Shown here: piece by piece, positions 24,531 to 38,779 of the stretch
Layout of the letters: every line of letters starts with the position of its first letter
Position numbering within the stretch: the first letter of the stretch is position 1
Origin: Raillietiella orientalis
Lineage: Eukaryota
DNA: 64,000 nt
NCBI GenBank assembly: GCA_036172245.1
Contig: JAYWIR010000005.1
Location: 5,704,001-5,768,000 of the forward strand
Reading direction: 5' to 3'
The notes under the pieces: generated by a model
Told to the model about the DNA's origin: nothing
The model's input: the letters and a program-made list of their open reading frames with translations, nothing else
Databases searched by the model: none
Position numbers and translations under genes: made by a program

Positions 24531-26095
24531 GAGAGACCTTTTCATTCATGGATCAACAGGGATCTTCTTCTTCTTAATTGCTGCCTACTTTCTACCTTTT
24601 TTGTGCTTTTCAATCCACGGAACAGCAGCCCTGAATCTGCTGCTCTTTCAGCTTCCCTGGAACGAATTTCATATCCTTTTTATTTGATTCGATTGTGGGC
24701 ACTGTTGGCACATATGTCACACATGTATTCTAACTCCTTTCAAGAGGATTCTGCTCCTCATCTCCGTACTGGTAATCATTTTTTGCATTGATCCCCGCCT
24801 CGCCGCATCTTTAACTGCTTTCACTGTTCCATTATTTTACGGCTCCAACACAGTTGCAAAACATAATCATCTTCACTCGTTTCGAGACAGCATCCTCTGA
24901 CTATTTTAATGATGACTAGATTGCACCTAACTTTTCATCCGAATAAAAATCCGATGCTTTCATCAACTCAGTGTCCAATCTCGTGTTTTGTTTGTTCAAC
25001 CTTTTAAACAAGAAACCATAAGCATCACTTCCTTGCTAAACAAACTGGAGACCTTCAGCAGCAAGCTGGATTGGCTCCAGCACATCGACTGATTGATGTG
25101 CTGTCGGTATGCGCCATTTGTGTAATCAGTTTAGATCGCTTAGAGGCTTCCATCCCTGCGAAAAAGGTTGCGAGAAGTGCTTGAGGTTGGCTTGTCAAGT
25201 CCGGCGAAGTCTAAGGGAGGATTTCGTCCTTTCTCTGGTCTAGCTGGACCCAAGCCATGGAACAACGAATTTTTAGTTGGCGAACCTTTAGATACTCTTG
25301 CTTTGTGGAAGGGAGGGGGGAGGGGAGGGTTACTGAAACTCTCATCGTGCCCATGAAGCTTCGTGCCCATGGGATCTGCCCTCGTTTGTCTTTCTCGGAG
25401 CTGATGTCCTGATTACTTGATTCTCTCGCTGCCGCCTGGAAGGAATAAGCCATCTGTCACAATTCCTCCATTTCGTATTTCCTGCTTACTTCCTCTCTCT
25501 CTAAATTCTACAAAACCGTGGTAACTTCGCAGTGAATCAGGTGATTGCGGCACATTTGATGAACCACCCCTGTGACTTCTGAATTTTCCCATCGCAGAAA
25601 CTGCATCAGCAGTGACGGTTGCCATATCACGGGACAGTTCCGGTCCACCTCGCATTAGTTTCTCATCAGCAGCCCTGAGGAAGATTTCGGCTTGAAAATC
25701 TCTTATCCATGGGAGCAAGCCCCAAGTTTCCAGATCCTTCTGCGGACTCATTTAATAGAGTAAAGATTAGCTTTGTTCACGCGTCTCTTCCATCCCCGTA
25801 ACACTTGCCCGCTCATCTCGCGAAGGTGCGTCCGGTACGCTTGGGCTCTTAATATTCCATCTCACTGACCACTTACTTTAATCCATCATAGCATCTGCAG
25901 TTGGTATTTGTGTTATACTGGTTATGAATTGAAGTGCATTATGTGGCCTTTAGTGTCAATGCTTCCCCTGCTGCCTATCGAATTGAGTCTGCGCCCCACT
26001 CAACATGCACTGTTTGGTGACACTGTTTATCTGCCCCGTGGCAACCGCCGATTCACAAGAATTTTCGGGACAAACTTTCCAGTGATCGAAAAGGC

Positions 26096-26113
26096 AAATT
26101 CCCATGGGAATTT
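26096..26113. repeat. 18-bp perfect palindrome
   Basis: AAATTCCCATGGGAATTT. Confidence 0.8.
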
Positions 26114-29100
26114 TCAGAAAATCCTCGCTTTGAGACTCCTACGGTAGTCACTTCGGGCAGGTCGAGGATGGGGGCGACGTTGCTGGGACACGAAAGCATG
26201 CAACATAAGACGTAAAATCTGATGATCTGGAGAGATTTGAACCAGAAAGGAGAGGTGAAGCCGTCATGAGGGGTGGCTCTGCAAGGAACACACAGCACCA
26301 GATGCAATGACCAGTGTTCCTCTCGATTCTTAGGATCAGAGCCATTATTGGCTCCTCATGACTACCGAATCATGCTTTGCTTCCGGTCTGTCGAAATGCG
26401 TGTCGTATCCTCCTCTGTTGGGGGAGTCCTTCGTGTTTCCGGCTTTGTAGGAGTCGATGTGCTTCGTGTCCACATCATTTTCCTTGTGGCTAAAGCAGTC
26501 AGCAGTCCTCCTAATGATAGCTTATGCCTATCTGTGCAATGTCTTCTCTGACATGCTTCAGACAAACGTTATGCTGGCAAACCAATCACTGCCCCTGACC
26601 AGCTTCCATCGCTGGGAATCGACTGCTGGCTCAAATCATATGAAGCGTCCTCAGAGAAAGATGATTTCTCCTGTTCTCCCACCATGCAGCTGCTTGACGA
26701 TTTTCTCAGCGATCGCGGAATCTTCGTATCTTGGTCCACGAACGCTGACTGATGTCTCCTCATGTATCATGGAGCAGTGGCTCATGTTTACTCGCAACGA
26801 GCACAGCTGATGTTACCTGCACGAGAGAAACCCAATAAATAAAACCGATTGCATGAATCTCTGAGCACGTAGGAATTCCCTGAGCACCTGAGTTCATAGA
26901 TAAGCCAAAGCTCTCGCAAATGAAAGGTTGCGAACAAGAACAGTTATTCTGGAAGTTTGCAAACTATGATCATTAGCAATCACTAATGATTCTTAACTAG
27001 AGCTTTCTGCTCTTTTTCTCTCGTTGAGTCAGCGTAAAAGGTATAACTGTAGGGCTGTGGGCGAAGAAAGAGATGTTACGCACACTGAGATTTGTGAACA
27101 AAAGCATAAACCCAGCCATCCATTTATCTATTTGATGAGTGAGATTTGGTTGGGTGACTGCGAAAAGTTTCCATCTTTTTTTCTTCATCGAGTGAATCTT
27201 GCAAACCTTTCTTCTGATGCTTTTTTTTTTTTTTTCCATCAGCACCCAAGGGTGCTGATGGTTTTCCCAGAAGCTTGCCTCGGGGTACTTTCCCAGTTAT
27301 GTCTCATCCATCTAGATCAAGAGTCATCAAGGCGATAGAGTCATCATTTCTGACGATATAGTCGAAGCACCTGTAGCGTCCGACTTCCTATTGGCATTAT
27401 TGGCTAGGATGCAATCTTCAGCTGCTTTCGTTGAAGCAAGATGGACATCTCTCTTCTGGTTTTCAAAAGAGAAGTTCAGGATTTCTTAGAATGCTTGCGG
27501 CATTTGCTTGGGACAAGCGCATTTGAGAAAGTTGGCTGGAAACTGAGAAGCAGCAGCAGAAGTAACCACGAGGCATCACCCTGAATATGAGGAGGATGTC
27601 CATTCTCAAAAATCTCAAAAGTTATACTCATCTTTGAAATATATGCAAAGAAATTTCCATCCTCAATGATGAAAAACATGTCGATAAGGACGAAAAGTAA
27701 GCATCTTAAAGGAGCGTTAGAAATAATCAAACCTCTGAAATCAAAGTTCTCCGTAAAGAATGCTACACAGAGGATTGCAAACTTGATCTACACCCAGTGC
27801 TTGGCTGGAAACTGCTACCTCTTTAGCAAGCTGCTCCTGATAGTATCTGCAAACACGGAACGATCTTCAAAGATGTGGCGCTTAAACTGTTTAGATATGA
27901 ATCTACTAGATGTACAAATGCAAGAACAGATAATGGGTACAAAGGTCACGAATGCATGCTTTTCATATGCATGGGAACAAAATCAAGTACGTTAATGATA
28001 ACCATACACTGAACTTAGAATTTATCTCTAGGGGGTCACTTTTGAGAGAACAGGATAAAAGATACATTAATTGAAAACAGGAAACGAGAATGGAGGATTT
28101 GATTGACTACCAGAGTGATCCAGAAACACGAGGACATCTGTATTAATTACTTAGTAATCAAATGGTAGTCTGGAAAAGATCGAAAAAATAATCCATCATG
28201 TATAAGCCTGCTCTTCCGATCATAAGGTTTTCACTACTTTGGAGTGGTTGGACAAATGCAGACTCCTTCGTTTCCATCTCCTTTAGTGTTTTTCTGGACT
28301 GCTGGTATTCATTTAAATCAAGACGTCAACGATCGTTGCTTGCAGTAAGAGGTCAAAACCGACCGGATTGAAACTCATCGCAACACGATTCGGTGATTTT
28401 GCAAGCAGATGTCCTCAGTTGACATACCAGAGTCAAGGTGGATCAAATGCCGCATTCAGAGAAGAACCTAATTCTCTCTGTAAGCATCATGTGGAGCTGA
28501 AGTCTGAATTGGTGTCAGCGTCATTATTTGAATTCATCTCCTTCGCAACCAGCAGTAGAATCACTGCACCGCAAATCGCTGTTGAGCTATTCAGGCAGCA
28601 TTCAAAATAAAGGAGAGGATAAGATGAAAGACGGAGCAAACCACCTTTAGGGTTCGCGAAATTTTTAGGGCTTTCTGTCGGAGCTGCAGAAGTTTAACGG
28701 TCAACAACATGATGAAGAACGCTCTGGCCAGTCACTAACAAGAGCCATCGGCTACTTCGACGAAGCCTCCGTGTCCTCTTGTTTCAAAATAACCAAGAAG
28801 ACGAGTCACTTTGGATTGAAAAACCACGATCAGCACGTAGGCTAGTGGCAGAGTAAAGTTTTCTGAGAATGCTCGAAGTAAGATGGTATTTTCGGAGGCG
28901 AGGCTTCCACAGAGAGCTCCAGCTATCGTAGCGTAAAGAATTTTTGATCATTACCTCGTGTCACTCGAACCTTTCAAAGCAGAGAACCCTCTCGCTCTTT
29001 GCACCAACTTTCCTAATGCATGTTCTTAAGACTGAGCTGAAGCAGGAAATTCTTGACGAAGTCCTTGCTGGAAAGGCAGCACGAGTTTCGTCGGTTCGAT

Positions 29101-32100
29101 TCTGTCAAAAGGCATTCTTCTAAGGCTGCTGAGTGATTTTCTGGATCTCCCAATTTTAGAGGGTTCTCCGCATCACAACTTATGTGCAGTCTTAATGCTG
29201 CTACCACCTGTCCAGGCATTTGAAGCTCGGTTGTATATCATTTTAACTTCCGCTCAAGAAACTCTTCTTAGGTGACCTCTTTACAAGAGATCCTCGTCTT
29301 CAGAAGGTTCCTTTAACTTGTTTTCTTGGAATAACTGAATCATCTACATCTCTGGACTTTGAGTTAATTAGAAGTCCATTATTTCTTTAAAATCCTTAAA
29401 GTTAGTCTCGCGTTTATCCTGATGCATTTTCACTTTGTTCATCTCTTTATGAGATGAACGAAGTAGACAAACAATAACGAGTAATTCTCGTTATTGTTTG
29501 TCTATTCCTCAGTTTTAGCTCCCATCTATTTGAATGCCACCTTTTCCTGAGATTACAGATGCTTTTGTGAATCATTAGATTGAAATTCCATTCCTGAGAG
29601 CTGAAATTTCCGGGCATTGTGACCAGAAGGGTTAGGAATGAATGGGAAAAGACACAGTTAGCAGCCAGCAAGGTAGGATGACTTGTGAGAGAGATGCTGG
29701 AGCACATGATTTACTATGAAGTAATGACTACGATTTTCAAATAAATGTGCACATGGATTGGCACGAATTGATAAGACCAGTAAATAATCTGGGCACAATT
29801 GATTCCAGCAGTGTTTTCTCGCCTGTTTTCGATTCTCAGGAGATTCTTCAAGTTCAGTCCCCAAGAAGAAGGAGTTTCTTGTTGATTTACCAAAGGAGGA
29901 AGATGAGTGGAGGAGTTCAATCATCAAAGTCAGAGTTTCTATTCAGACTACAAAATATTTACTTAGTTAAACAAAACACACACACACACATATTCGAGCA
30001 TAAGAATATAAAAGTCCAGATAGAAGGAAAGCAAACACTAGCTGAGCTTGAGTAATAACTAATGAGTTTGTTATTGGATAAATACCACAAAAACAATCCT
30101 TGTTGAGGAGGATCCGAATCTATCACCGAACAAATCAATGCTGCAAGCGGTGGGAACAACAGCCGTTTGTTTGAAGAAATGGTGTTTATGTCGCAGGCAG
30201 AAAAAATACGGGTTGAAGGGTATCGGCCAACAGGAACATCACTTAGAACGAACTCAGCTCTTCGTGCAAAGATGTTTGCCTGGTAGGCTCTTGAAGAAGC
30301 ATCAACCCCTGCACGCAGCAGAACCTGGATGGAACGAGCCGTGGCACTCAAAGGACAAGCATGACGAAAGTGGCCGGCAAAGTTTCATAATTCGGGCGGG
30401 GCAGAGTTGAAAACGGTGGTTGTGCAGGATATGGAGGTTTGTCCTCGAGGAAACTGTCGAGACTTCGGGAAGAAGGTGACTCAGGGACTCGCACACTGAG
30501 GAGACGGGTCTCCTCTGCTTCACTTTTCGGTTTATCCCTCGCCTGAGAGAAGTTTCCTCCTTGACGAAGACTGTCGTCTCGTAGTAAGCTCTGCAAACAA
30601 GGTAATATGAAGAGCTGAAAAACAGGACGCAGGGAATACGCGCTGGCGGATCAAGGGACGCCTCGCCCTCCCTGAATTAATCACCCGTGTTTTTTTTCCC
30701 GTGCTTTGTGTGGAGAACTGTGCAGGGACGCCTTTGAAAATATCCCGTTTGGATCTCAGAGAACGTAAATCACATGTCGGAAACATCGCAGCGCTCCGTC
30801 TTTCCGCAGACGTCTTCTCTAGAGGAGAGAACTCTTCGGTGATTCGGATGCCGGGTCGCTGTGCTCGCTAGACGTCGTCCGCCCGCAAGCCTCAGCATGC
30901 TCCTGACGTTGCAAAAGAGCTGGAGAATTTCATGCTTCCCTACCCAGAAGAATGAGCTGATTGAGCATGAAATCGTTTCGATACCCGGTGGATTTGAGGA
31001 AGCGCCATTTTCGAGTAAAGGGAGGATGGCGAAACAACCAGGCAGTCTTCAGTCGGCTGGGTTCAGCAAACGAGGAGGATGATGCAACCACTATTTCCTA
31101 CTATTTCCGTCATGATTAGTGACCAAGATGGCTGAGGACAACAACAACAGATTTCTGGATGCCTTTCCCTTGATTCCATCGACGACATTCCTTTGCTCAC
31201 TAAAAAGGTACAGCTGAAATTGCGAAAGCTTAAAAGAACGGGGATGAAGTCCGCAATTCCTCGTTCGCATGGAGACGCACCTCCCTATTTCCATTTGCAT
31301 GCAGATCTCGAGATCCTCTAAACCTCCATCGTTCAATCCTCATTTCTTCCTCCTCCAGAAACCAAATGTCGCTTTTCAGCGATCGTATACGTTTGTGTAC
31401 GAAGTGAATAAATTCATTCTCTAGCAAGCACAGCTTCACAGATTATTTAACAATATAGAATCGCCAGTACATCCTCGTATTATGTGATGTATACTACCTT
31501 ACATAATGTACATGCACACGTCTGTGTGCATATTTATAAGTGCTTACACATGCACGCTTACACATTCATACCAACATACACATTATTGTTAGTGCACATA
31601 TAAATACAAGTGCAATTATTAGACAGTGTAGATGGAAATTCCATTCGGAGTACATTAAATTATGAGATTTTCAGATTACAATGCATCTTTGGAGCGAAGA
31701 AATGTAGACACAATGCGTGGGTGAACGTGTTCTGCAAATGAGCTAAATATCTGATTCTAATTTTTTAAGAATAACAGATGAAGAGTCCCTAAATTATCTG
31801 GAATTCTATCAGAGTGATCGTTTTCATCCAGACGGGAGAGAGGACCCAATGATCTCAGACCGTAGCATGATGCTTAATAGAATTTTCAGGTGCTTGTGAT
31901 CGCAAATGAACTTTCGCTTTTTATTGGTTTCCGTAGGAACGAGCCGTGTTTCTCTCCTCAGAGAATTCCCTAACTTGAACGCTGGTGATGCGAGCAAAAG
32001 GATAAAAATCAATAGCATCTCTGTCAATTATCACGCTCCTCGGAACGCTACAGACGAGCGAATGTTGCACCAACTAAACTTTCAATTAGGACTTGTGACA

Positions 32101-33218
32101 GCTTTATGAGAGTTTATGCTGCTTTCATGCAGATTCCGGTTCTCCATCCCAGCATCCTCGCTACGGAATGTTTTGTGTTTTCATCCATCAAAGCAAATTA
32201 AGCAGGAGTAATGGATGCCGTCGCCGGATTATTAATCCACACATTATCCCAATACAGAAGGAATTTCTTGAAGCTCTGCAGAATGCAGCAGCCGAAACAT
32301 TTCTTCCAGTACAAAAATGCATTGGGAAAACGAACTTTAATGCCCTGAGCTTCCTTTTCAGGAGCCGAAGTGTTTTTCTCGGACACTGAGAAACCAAATA
32401 TTCAGGAGTTTTAGGATCCGACTACGGCACCAGGTCTTCGGGTTTCGAAGAACTGGAGGGCCGATCCATGCTCCAGCACTATCCTATCGGATCGAGGCTG
32501 CTACCGCGCGCTCTGAGGCTGCTACACGCTGGTAGCAGAACCACCTTCCAGGTTCCACCACTTTCAATCTGTAGGAGTCAAAGCAGTCCTCGTTGCTGCT
32601 GGGTTAGCAGACTCACGTCAATTTTCAGCTTTCCTGGGTGGTTCTCTCTGAGTGCAAGTCCTAGCTTCCCGTCCAGGCGTAGCATCCACCGCCATCCTGG
32701 AACACAACCGTCGAGGAATTCGAACGTTCCTCTCGCAGGAAACCAGCCAGGATGCGAGGTGGTAGAGCACATCCACATGGAGAGCGATGGAGAATGCCAG
32801 GACTGGGAGGCACCTTTATCTTAAAGAATAGAGTGAGTAGCAACCCGTCAGTGAGTTCCTAGTGTTACGAACGTCTCCAAGAACCTCTGCCACTCTCGGG
32901 AGCCAAGATGGAACTCTTCAACTGTCGAAGGAGCGAGTTCCTTTTCCCACGTTGTTATGGATGTTAGAAGGTCATCAGATCTTCCACTTTGAACATTATT
33001 CTAAAGGGAGGAAAAAATCACGCAGAACGAGGCCATATGAATGTCGGGAGTGGTTCCTTAGGTAGGCTTTCCTTCGTCAAAGATCAGCCCACCAAATGTG
33101 AAAGGCTGTCATGCTGCAGGGGATGGATGGAGCCAACTGCTTCTCCAAGGTTTGCTCCATAATAGGATCGAGGCCTCTCAAAGGAACCGGTGATGACCCA
33201 AACATTTTATACCCTTGA

Positions 33219-33283
33219 CTAGAAAGTTTCTATGGAAGATCAGATCAGTGGTCTTGACCTGATCTTTCATAGAAACTTTGTAG
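33219..33283. repeat. 65-nt hairpin, 25-bp stem (1 mismatch and 1 G:T pair)
   Basis: CTAGAAAGTTTCTATGGAAGATCAG - ATCAGTGGTCTTGAC - CTGATCTTTCATAGAAACTTTGTAG. Confidence 0.92.
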
Positions 33284-34739
33284 ATTCTGATCCAGACTTT
33301 CTAGATTTCTTAAAGTTTCTGACCTCTCATCTTTTTCGACTACAAATTCACGATGGGATGATACCTCGTCTTGCAGCATTCTGTCCCTTGCGCCTTCGTA
33401 TGCCCAAGGTCGTACGGGAGCATCATTTCCCTCGAGAGTCTCATACCAGTGAGGATGCCCAAACAATGAAGGGTGTTGGGGCTACCAGGAAGATTCGCCT
33501 ACTTCCTTGGAAATGTTCTTAAGACATGATTTGAAATTACATAAAGAAATGGGACGAAGGAAGTTCCCATCGCTTCCATCACTTTCTCAGATTCGTACAC
33601 TGATTTCAACCCGTCGCTCCGGGATGTTTACCCAAAGTAAACAAACAAACATTCACGTGATCTGGAGGTGCGATTCGAGGAACGTGGACGCGCAGGTCGG
33701 AAAGCAAAACGCGCGCTCGGCACGGAAGGGTTAAGGGAGTTAAGCGGCAAAAGGAGGGGTAGGAGGAAAAAGAAATCGATAAGTCGATGTACACTCGATG
33801 GGGGGAGATGAACGTTGCTGGTCTGCAGGAAATGGGGGAGGGAAAGGCAAGGAAGGATCGCCGGTTTCCGTCCCGCGTCTCTCCTACGTCCTTCCCGCGA
33901 TGCGGGCAGCGTCCTCCTCGATTTCGGGACGGAAAGGGGGAAGGGAAGGGGTCCCCTCGCCAGCTTGAACGGGACTCGGCGAACGCCCGCCGTCCGGTGC
34001 TGCCGTCGCTGCACGGCGTGGCGACTGGAGGCTGCTGCGCGGATGCAGCGCAGCACCGCCAGCTGACCCACGGCCGAGAGTCCATGCGGAGTAGAAGAAA
34101 CGCTGCAGAAGGCTGCCCGGGGGAGTGTCCCGGATGCGGCAAAGTCTCCGCCACGCGTTGCCATTCGCCGGGGAGGAACTCTCAGTTTAGAAGAAGGCGC
34201 GTGTGCGATCGCCCCCCCCACCTGGCGCGGTTCGGGGACGCGCCGCCTCTCGTTCGGTGCCTCTGTCCCCGTCGACGCTGGCTGCACGGGAAACCCCAGT
34301 TCAGGAAGAGTGTCGCCACCGTCTGTTGTCACTGGACGGAAGACACTGAACCGTCCGGGAGGAAGGTGGTAATCGCTAATTCCGTCCACCAGAGGAGTCC
34401 TTGGGTGCGAACTCTTAGTGACGGGACGTCCAAAACTTTTCGCAGCATTCAGTCGCTTCTCGGTTTCTTGACTCCTGCTATGCAGCAAGAAATCTCCCAC
34501 CTAGACGGTTGGCTACCGTCATCTCACAGGATCGGTGTGATTAGGCAAAGGGATCCTGGGATCTTCGGAGAGATTAGTTGAAAGCGATGTCAATTCCTAG
34601 GACTAACTATTTCTGCTTGTTGAGTGAATGGGTAGATTACATAAGATAAAAGGATATTTGCATTCTTAACCATCTTCATGTGTTCTCCATCTTCCTGTTC
34701 TATGAGTTTCTTGTTCTGTGAGTATGAGGTTGTGGAAAC

Positions 34740-35225
34740 CCTTCCATGAAGCTCCCATCTACATCGTTGTCGGTTGGTTTCGGTTCTTCTCGGATGTTTT
34801 CTTTATCGGAAGGATGTTGAGATCTATGTACCAAGTATATCGCGGCTATTTTGGGTGTTAGAAGCAGCCATCATAGCGTCTAATTTTGTCGAGGAGCAGC
34901 TGCAAGATCTTCAGCTCTTTCATCACCTCTCCATTTGGGAGGAGGGGAAGATCCTAGAGAGCCATCTATTGGAGCTCTGTAGGATATTTGAACATCTTTA
35001 GCCAAGAGAGAGACAGAGAGTTCTTCACATTTCGTCTCCTCTTTGCCTCGAACACTTCTAGAAGAGTCGGGAATTCCCTCGAGGAGGCCAGGCAACATCC
35101 AGTATGATCACTCTTTTCCCCTTGAGGAGTAGCAGATCCTAATCGATGTAGAGACCAAGGTCCACTTCAGGAATGAGCTTATTGAAGGAGACTACTTCCC
35201 AGTTCCCGTCATCTGCCTGTCTCAG
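34740..35225 (-). mobile_element. Possible decayed I/Nimb-like LINE fragment (RT-RNase H linker)
   Basis: RQMTGTGK*SP (cf. RxITGAxxxSP), PPKW (cf. PPW) and DVDGS (cf. RNase H YTDGS) occur in the expected order. The signal is weak. Confidence 0.25.
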
Positions 35226-36329
35226 TCAGTGAAGCAATGAGCCATGCTGCTGCAAGCACAGAAGGGAGTGCCAAAAGCAGCGATTTAGCACATGCTGCAG
35301 CGCCTCATTCCAAACCTGACATCTCCTGCAGCTACGATCTCATTTGCGATATGTAATTCCCCTGACAAGGAGGACGTTGAGCCGGGAAGCACGCATGAAT
35401 GCTCAACCCGAAAAACGGATGCGTTCCCCTGAAGTGAGGAAGCGGCTCGAGTTCCAGTGTATAATCCAACGCATAACAAGGCTTCTTGCTGGCTTCTGTG
35501 ATCTATCAGGAAATGTCACCCCTGACTGCTCTGAAAATTACGAACACTTGAGGCCAAATTGCCCCCCATGGTTGCAACAAATGTAATGTCTCCGAAGAGA
35601 CCCGAGGCCCTCCATATGCAAACGATCATTTTACTTCAAAATACAGAAACTTTTATGCTTTTGCGCCGCTTCCATGGAGCCTTCCTAACATCCAGCACAG
35701 TCAGAGCATCCGCTGGACGCACCAGCTTAGACATGCTCCAGACGAATCGAATACAAAGCTGTGCAGTCAAGCAGACGCAGACCACCACCAACCTACAGCT
35801 CAGTGCAACAGCGAAACTGAAACAAGCTGGCGTGGCCCAACGATACCGAGAGGAAGCTGAGGGTTCGAACACCCCGAGGTAAGTCTTCACGACGAAGCGC
35901 TCATCTCAACCTTAAGCACACTTTTACTCTGCTCTGTTGCCTCTGTCTAATTCTGAAGACTTATGGATGCTGCTTGGAAAACATATACATGTTCGCTCCA
36001 ATAGGAGGATTGATTGCATTGCGAGTTACTGAGAATGCTTGACTCCTTTGGGGCATGCATTCGTGCCCTGTCCCAGTGTGAACCATCCCTTTTGTTCTCT
36101 CAAGCACCCTGCCAACCCTCTCTCAAGCAACCTGCCAATTCTTGACCATGTCCGCATGTGACTGTATCGTCCCTCTAGATATCCCGACTTCTCTTCCCGA
36201 CGATCCTTGTTGAATCAGAAAACAGGAATCCTCAGCAAGGGAGACTTCCCTCTTGCCCCTATTTTCTTGCATTTTTTAGATCCTGAAACCGCGATAACCA
36301 GAATGAATCTCTTCAAAGACAGCATAGTC

Positions 36330-36620
36330 CCAAGAGACCGAGATCTCCAGCACCAGTCATCTTCATGAACCCCACGAAGTGGATGAAAGCTTTTAAGGCG
36401 CAGGGAGTACAGATGCTTGCTTTTCTGGAGAGACAACGTAAATTCCAAGGGTAAAAATGATACTTGAGGATAAACGTGCGTCTTCGACTGACTCGGGATT
36501 CGGAAGAGAGCGTGGAGTGAAGACCGAAGAGTTCGTTACGAGTACAATGACTCCGCTGATCTGCAGACATCTCTTCAGATACTCCCCGTGAAGAGAGAAG
36601 AACGTCTCGTTGCTCCTCAT
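36330..36620 (-). mobile_element. Decayed RTE-clade LINE 3' region
   Basis: SNETF..H..LKRCLQISGV..VTNSSV..R.LP.ES...RL (cf. GSETW...CLRxILxI...VTNxEVLxRxxLPSIE), followed by KHLY..L...PLRG. Confidence 0.4.
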
Positions 36621-38779
36621 CTCAAGTGTCGAACCGAATTTGAAATGGCAGGTTCCGGGAAGCAGAAGGACCTAGAAAGGCTCCCATGCGTTTGCGCTTC
36701 CTGGGAAAAAGGCATTCTTCCTCAGAATTCAACTCTTCCTAGCTCTCTGGCCTTCATCAACCGCTATCGAAGAAAGGGCGGAGGCTAGAGAGATCGTTCC
36801 TGCTCCTGTAAATCACTTGTAAATTCTCTGGCTGACCGGTTCAGTGTCTTCCAATCCTGAATGCACCTTTCCGGTTCAGGACCAAAGCGTTGATAACAGG
36901 GAAGAGATTTATCCAACTTCCCTTATTGCCCACGCTTTGCTCTTCACTCCTTTCGCCGGCACTCCAGCTCCCCCTATTCCGGCCCCAAAATTTCGAATCA
37001 ACCGGACTGCTCGTAGCGCCCTGAGTTTTATAAATGGCACTTGCTGTCTAGAAGTGTTTCCGGATTTCATTGGGATTGGAGGTCCCCCCCATTTTGCCAC
37101 CGCAGCCATCGCATCACTCTCTTTAGAGCTTTCGGAGCATGGAATAGTGGGAGAGGAACCGCCATTCTTTTCTAAGATTCCGAGATAATGTAACTATGCT
37201 TGAATTTTCCTTAGCTCCACGATCATCTCGTAAAAAATCTCGATGTGCTCGTCAAGTTTTGTTATCTTTTGTTTCTTCCACTGCATTTCATTCCACCTCC
37301 TTCTTTCCTATCACATCAAAGTAATTGACGTCTGTGTCAGTGCCGAAATCACTGCTGAGGAAAACGCTGTCTTGTAACAACAGACTGCCTCAGGGCATTT
37401 TTTTTTGTGACGGAAAAAATGATCTCTTGATCTTTCACAAGTGTTCTGGATGTTCCTTCGAGAAGGTTTTCTGGCTTAACTGCTTCAGATGCTTCTGAAA
37501 AAGTGCGAGAAAATTCCCCTTCCCGAGGCACGTGATTTATGGCAACCACATTCTTTGATCATCAAGCCATAAGCACCTGGGGTTCCTGGCTTTCACTCCG
37601 CTCCCGGTCTGGACTCAATTAGCATGGTAGGAATGATGAATCTTGCTGCTTTTCCTCAAGAGAAATTTCTTCCGAAGGATGGTTATAGCAGGAATGTTTT
37701 CAAGATGACTGAGATCTCACGTTTCTCTGAAAAGGATTTCAGTTTAGCTACATTCTGGTGAATGCCTCGCCGTGATTATTAATGGGAGGCTGATCTGAAT
37801 CTGGTAGATTGGCTTCCTGTTCTGAAACGCTTTTTTTCTTCTTATTTCGTAAAGCTTACTTCAGCGAACAAAGATGAGAAACGAAAACTTTCCATTCCTG
37901 AGATTTTGTTCGGTCGTTTCTTTAATTGTGTAGCAAACTCAAGTGCACAAACATCGCGGCGATAATCCCTTGACAGCAGTACAATTCAAGAATGAACATC
38001 TTACATCCATTGAGTAGAGTAAACAAAATCAAATCGTACGGCTAAAGCTTAAATGTAGGTGTCACATTTGCAAATAATCAGCAAGCGGCTTACATGAGTA
38101 ACGAAAGTAAACAGAAATGACAAAAGAGAATTCAGTCACGTGCATGAAGATTTCGTGCTCATTTCGTCTGCTTCCTTGAGTCCCACATTCTGTGAATCTG
38201 AATTATCTACCTCGATTTTTGGATCAGAATCCTGACAAGATCAAGTGTGTTTTCCGAATGTGAAAACATGGACACAGGGCGGGTGGGCCGAACATAATCA
38301 CAGGGAATGATCATAGATGGCTCTAGTTTGCAGGTTGAAATGCCTCCCCCGTGTAAACATTGACATTGAACTTCCATAAATAAAGTTTCCCAATCTTCTG
38401 TTCTAGATTGAAGAGAGCACCGTGTGTATATGAGAATCGATCAGGAAATACCTCAATATTTCATTCCAGAACCGTATTTAGCCCGTGTTTTTGACATTCT
38501 ATTTATAGCTTTAGTAGATTGAAACGACCTACGCATTCTGGATTGCTGATAGCTTTTAGCTACTCCCATTTTAAACTGCATCTGATTCTAAATCTTGAAA
38601 ACGAAGTTGGGATCACATGGGCAAGTAGCACGAATTCCCGAACATGCCACCGATGCAACACACCAGAGTGAAGGAGCATCGATGCTGCCCCTGCCTCTTC
38701 TTCTTACTCAAGCATCTGAGTGTCAAGATCGAAGTGTTTGGTAGTGTTCCAAATCATCCTCTATGATACGTATTGCTTC

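Noticed and set aside
29840..29928. Exon-like segment (DSSSSVPKKKEFLVDLPKEEDEWRSSIIK) after a good acceptor
   Set aside because: The donor is weak, there is no phase-compatible neighbouring exon, and DEWRS also resembles an RTE tail.
35826..35878. tRNA-like A-box (TGGCCCAACG) and B-box (GGTTCGAAC)
   Set aside because: Too short for a cloverleaf, with no acceptor or anticodon stems. At most a decayed SINE head.
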